From: a virus
Lineage: Duplodnaviria > Caudoviricetes
DNA: 64,000 nt
IMG/VR virus record: IMGVR_UViG_3300020598_000119
Direction: 5' to 3' (one strand)
The translations under genes and the position numbers were made by a program. A model generated the notes under the pieces. The model did no database searches, was not told the origin of the DNA, and was given only the letters and a program-made list of their open reading frames with translations. Numbering within the stretch: position 1 is the stretch's first letter; every line of letters begins with the position of its first letter. Of this stretch, positions 61,210 through 64,000 are shown one piece after another.

Positions 61210-63335
61210 GATGAGGATATCTCCTGAATGTCTTTGTCACCGCGAAGATATGGCTCAACTGCCGCGCCGAACACGCGAACCAATTCATATTCGTCCGTGA
61301 CACCTGCACGCATTTTTTTTACGGCATCCTCAACCATAGTCGGCCATGTGCGTTTTACGTTCTGCTCAGTCGCATTAATGATGTTGTCGACCTCGGTTGG
61401 GTCTTCAAAATACTCGCATTCAGAAACCACTGTGCGGCCAGTATACTTGGTACCATGACATTTTAGGCACTTACCTCCTTCATGACCCTCACCTGTTCCA
61501 CGGCACTCCGTGCAAACCGTACGGACCAGTGTTTGGACAAGAACCGAGCGGAGCAGGTAACGCAACTCGCGAGGCGGGACACCAAGGTCTCGAAGGCGGC
61601 TGACGGCACCGACAATCGAACCAGTATGCAATGTAGCGAGAACCAGGTGGCCCGTGTCGGCAGCCTTGACCATATTACGTGCGGTCTCTTCGTCGCGCAC
61701 TTCACCAAGGACGATGACGTCAGGGTCAGATCGCATGAAAGCGCGGATAGCCTGAGCAAAAGTAAGGCCCACGGCTGGGTTGACCGACACCTGCGTGACG
61801 TATGGGATGCGATACTCAACGGGGTCTTCAACGGTATAGATCGACTTCTCGAAACGATTAATTTCTTTGATCGACGAGTTGAGCGTCGTGGTCTTACCTG
61901 AACCGGTCGGACCACAGATAAGGCATAGACCATGCTGCTGGTTAAATCCCTTTCTCCACTTGGCGACATCGGTAATACCGAGCTTTCCAAGACTTGGCTG
62001 GACGCGATCAGGGTCAAGAACGCGCAGTACAACCTTTTCACCATCGGCAATTGGGTTAGTAGCCACACGAAAATCAATGCCCTTACCCGCATACTCGATA
62101 TTAAAACCGCCATCCTGAGCCTTGCGCTTTTCGGCCAAGTCCATCGAGGCCTTGTCCTTAACCTGGGCAAGCATGGTGTTATATTCATCGAGCGGACCTT
62201 CATGAACGATGCGTAGGACGCCCAAGATACGAAACATGATCGAATAGGACTTGCGGCGCGGCATGATGTGAATATCTGACGCAGCTTCCCCGAGTGCTCG
62301 ATAGAGAATTCTATTGAGCATGTTTTCTTTTGTGCTCGAAGTGTCGACGACATTGGTCGTCTTCTGCATTTGAGAAATAAAGCCAGCGAGACGCGACGGG
62401 TCGTAGGAAACAAATTTTACGTCAATTAAACCGTAATATTCACGGATAATTTCAAGCACACGCGCTTCGTCAGTCGCCGTGGACACATAAAGAGTGTCCT
62501 CCGTCTCAGCCGAAATAATGATCTGCATGTCCTCAAGGACTTCGACCGGAATTTTCGAACGGGTGACGTTTTCCTGTGCAATGCGCTCAGACGAAGTCGC
62601 TAGAATTGCCTTTACCCGATCAGAATCCGAAAGAAGGCCGTTGCTGACCAAGATTTGACCAATTCGATCACCAGTGACCGCCTGCTCCCGAGAGGCCGCG
62701 TCCAGATGCGTGCTCGTCACCAGCCCTTTTTCGACGAGATACTGACCAAAACGATGCTGCCCCATCTCCGAGCCATCGGGACGGAAAAGCTTCTTTGAAA
62801 CTGGGACTGGATCTACCGGAAACCCTGCTTCCTCTTTCTCATCAATGATCGGTAATGCAGGTTCGTGTGAAGCGTCTTCCTCTGAAGAAGAAGAAAAAGA
62901 GAGGTCGGCCTTCGGCTCCCGCTCTTCATCCAATCTCTCTCCCTGATCATTGTCGACCAAAATTGCATCGAAATCAGCAGAAGAAGTTCCCGCAAGAATA
63001 GGGGCGGGGGCAGGCAGCGCCAGCATGCTCCCCTGACTCGCGTAATCACCCTCACGCTGGTCTAGATCACCATGAATTATTATTTCGCCAGCAAGAGCAT
63101 CGCGAGGCTCATCAAACGCGGGTCCGTCCCAGATTTCACGAAGTCGGTCGTCGGCCGCTTTTCTAAACTGGCTCAGATCAATGGGGTCGAGGGTGAGAAT
63201 TTCGCCATCGACTGCTTCGGTATCTTCTGAGGCGTCGAGTTCAAGCAGGTCAGTGCTATCGATCACAACCGCCTTGTCGCGGCGAAAGACCGATCCAACC
63301 TTTTTTAAGAACTTCGACGCCAGGTCCGATTTCAT
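61206..63335 (-). CDS. pilB: Type IV pilus assembly ATPase PilB/GspE with MshEN-like domain
   Basis: ASDIH, AQDG, GPTGSGKTTTL, TVEDPVEY, RSDPDVIVLGEVRD, TGHLVLATLH, CxxC..CxxC. Confidence 0.92.
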   Translation of the reverse strand: MKSDLASKFLKKVGSVFRRDKAVVIDSTDLLELDASEDTEAVDGEILTLDPIDLSQFRKAADDRLREIWDGPAFDEPRDALAGEIIIHGDLDQREGDYASQGSMLALPAPAPILAGTSSADFDAILVDNDQGERLDEEREPKADLSFSSSSEEDASHEPALPIIDEKEEAGFPVDPVPVSKKLFRPDGSEMGQHRFGQYLVEKGLVTSTHLDAASREQAVTGDRIGQILVSNGLLSDSDRVKAILATSSERIAQENVTRSKIPVEVLEDMQIIISAETEDTLYVSTATDEARVLEIIREYYGLIDVKFVSYDPSRLAGFISQMQKTTNVVDTSSTKENMLNRILYRALGEAASDIHIMPRRKSYSIMFRILGVLRIVHEGPLDEYNTMLAQVKDKASMDLAEKRKAQDGGFNIEYAGKGIDFRVATNPIADGEKVVLRVLDPDRVQPSLGKLGITDVAKWRKGFNQQHGLCLICGPTGSGKTTTLNSSIKEINRFEKSIYTVEDPVEYRIPYVTQVSVNPAVGLTFAQAIRAFMRSDPDVIVLGEVRDEETARNMVKAADTGHLVLATLHTGSIVGAVSRLRDLGVPPRELRYLLRSVLVQTLVRTVCTECRGTGEGHEGGKCLKCHGTKYTGRTVVSECEYFEDPTEVDNIINATEQNVKRTWPTMVEDAVKKMRAGVTDEYELVRVFGAAVEPYLRGDKDIQEISSS

Positions 63336-63357
63336 AAATAAACTCAATCTGTCAGAA

Positions 63358-63540
63358 TTACTTCTTTGCCCGCTTTACGAAAGCCGACATACGCGAGGCT
63401 GGGCGGTACCAAGCTGCCCAGAGGCCAGCGACACCAATTGCGCCAATAATCCATGAATGCGAATAAATGCCGTATCCAAGGACGCCAAGCGCAAGCACCC
63501 AGTCCAGAATACGAACGTTCTTCGAATTTAGATCGACCAT
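63358..63540 (-). CDS. Small membrane protein (paralog of 63554-63769)
   Basis: MVDLNSK...DWVLALGVLGYGIY...AWYRPASR; aagga RBS. Confidence 0.72.
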   Translation of the reverse strand: MVDLNSKNVRILDWVLALGVLGYGIYSHSWIIGAIGVAGLWAAWYRPASRMSAFVKRAKK

Positions 63541-63553
63541 GATTATTTTCCTT

Positions 63554-63769
63554 TCATCGTTTCTGAACGAACCTCTTGAGCCAGCGCTGATAACGACTGA
63601 CGGGACGATACCAAGCCATTGCACAGCCCAAAATGCCGACAATGGAAATAAGCGTATTTTCCGCCCAAATTCCATATAGCAAGGTTGCAACAGCCGATAT
63701 CCAATCAAAGGCCTTTAGATATGGATTGTCAAAATCAAAATTCCAAATCCATGCGAAAAAAGAGTGCAT
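63554..63769 (-). CDS. Small membrane protein (paralog of 63358-63540)
   Basis: DWISAVATLLYGIW...AWYRPVSR; TAATG coupling with upstream gene. Confidence 0.72.
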   Translation of the reverse strand: MHSFFAWIWNFDFDNPYLKAFDWISAVATLLYGIWAENTLISIVGILGCAMAWYRPVSRYQRWLKRFVQKR

Positions 63770-63999
63770 TACTTTCCCTTCACGAATCTAAGTCTGAGCG
63801 CGATCTCGCCATCCGTTGCTCCTGGGCATTTATCTCCCAAGCAGACATCAGCCAGCGTCTTGTTTGGGCACATCAAAGCAGCCACTGTCGCGTCAGTTAA
63901 AGCCTTGCGAGGCTCAATAATCTTACCGATTGTAACAGTCACATCGCCATTAACTGGCGTTACCTTTGCATTCGGAAGCGTATTTAGCAGCTTGAGGCA
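63769..63999 (-). CDS. 3' end of a hypothetical protein (truncated by window edge)
   Basis: Open frame ...CLKLLNTLPNAKV...CPNKTLADVCLGDKCPG...RFVKGK* whose TAA overlaps the next ATG. Confidence 0.65.
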   Translation of the reverse strand, partial: CLKLLNTLPNAKVTPVNGDVTVTIGKIIEPRKALTDATVAALMCPNKTLADVCLGDKCPGATDGEIALRLRFVKGK

Positions 64000-64000
64000 C

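Overview
The window is gene-dense and looks alphaproteobacterial (Rhizobiales-like GapR and MucR). It most likely comes from a large conjugative extrachromosomal replicon (megaplasmid or chromid), not a core chromosome. It carries: (i) a Dot/Icm-type (type IVB) secretion module with IcmB/DotO, an IcmW-like protein, IcmX-like and other exported proteins; (ii) a type IV pilus module with PilB (MshEN domain), PilC, PilD and four pilin-like proteins that lack a prepilin leader; (iii) divergent stand-alone copies of housekeeping and DNA-metabolism genes (pyrG, ligA, argS, galE, ftsH, recQ, recD2, sbcB-like, topoisomerase IA, DEDDh exonuclease); (iv) a ParA + ribbon-helix-helix pair beside a ~1.8 kb non-coding array of degenerate repeats; (v) three nucleoid-type proteins; (vi) phage-like RNA-repair and anti-defence-type genes. 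Highlights not named in the ORF track are a 15-codon leader peptide ending in five Arg codons just upstream of argS, a recurrent C-terminal Pro(-3) tail on many cargo proteins (possible T4BSS translocation signal), leaderless pilins, and a ~330 nt structured candidate ncRNA in the pilin region. No rRNA, tRNA, CRISPR array, integrase or transposase was recognised. Family calls come from motif recognition by eye, not from database searches.
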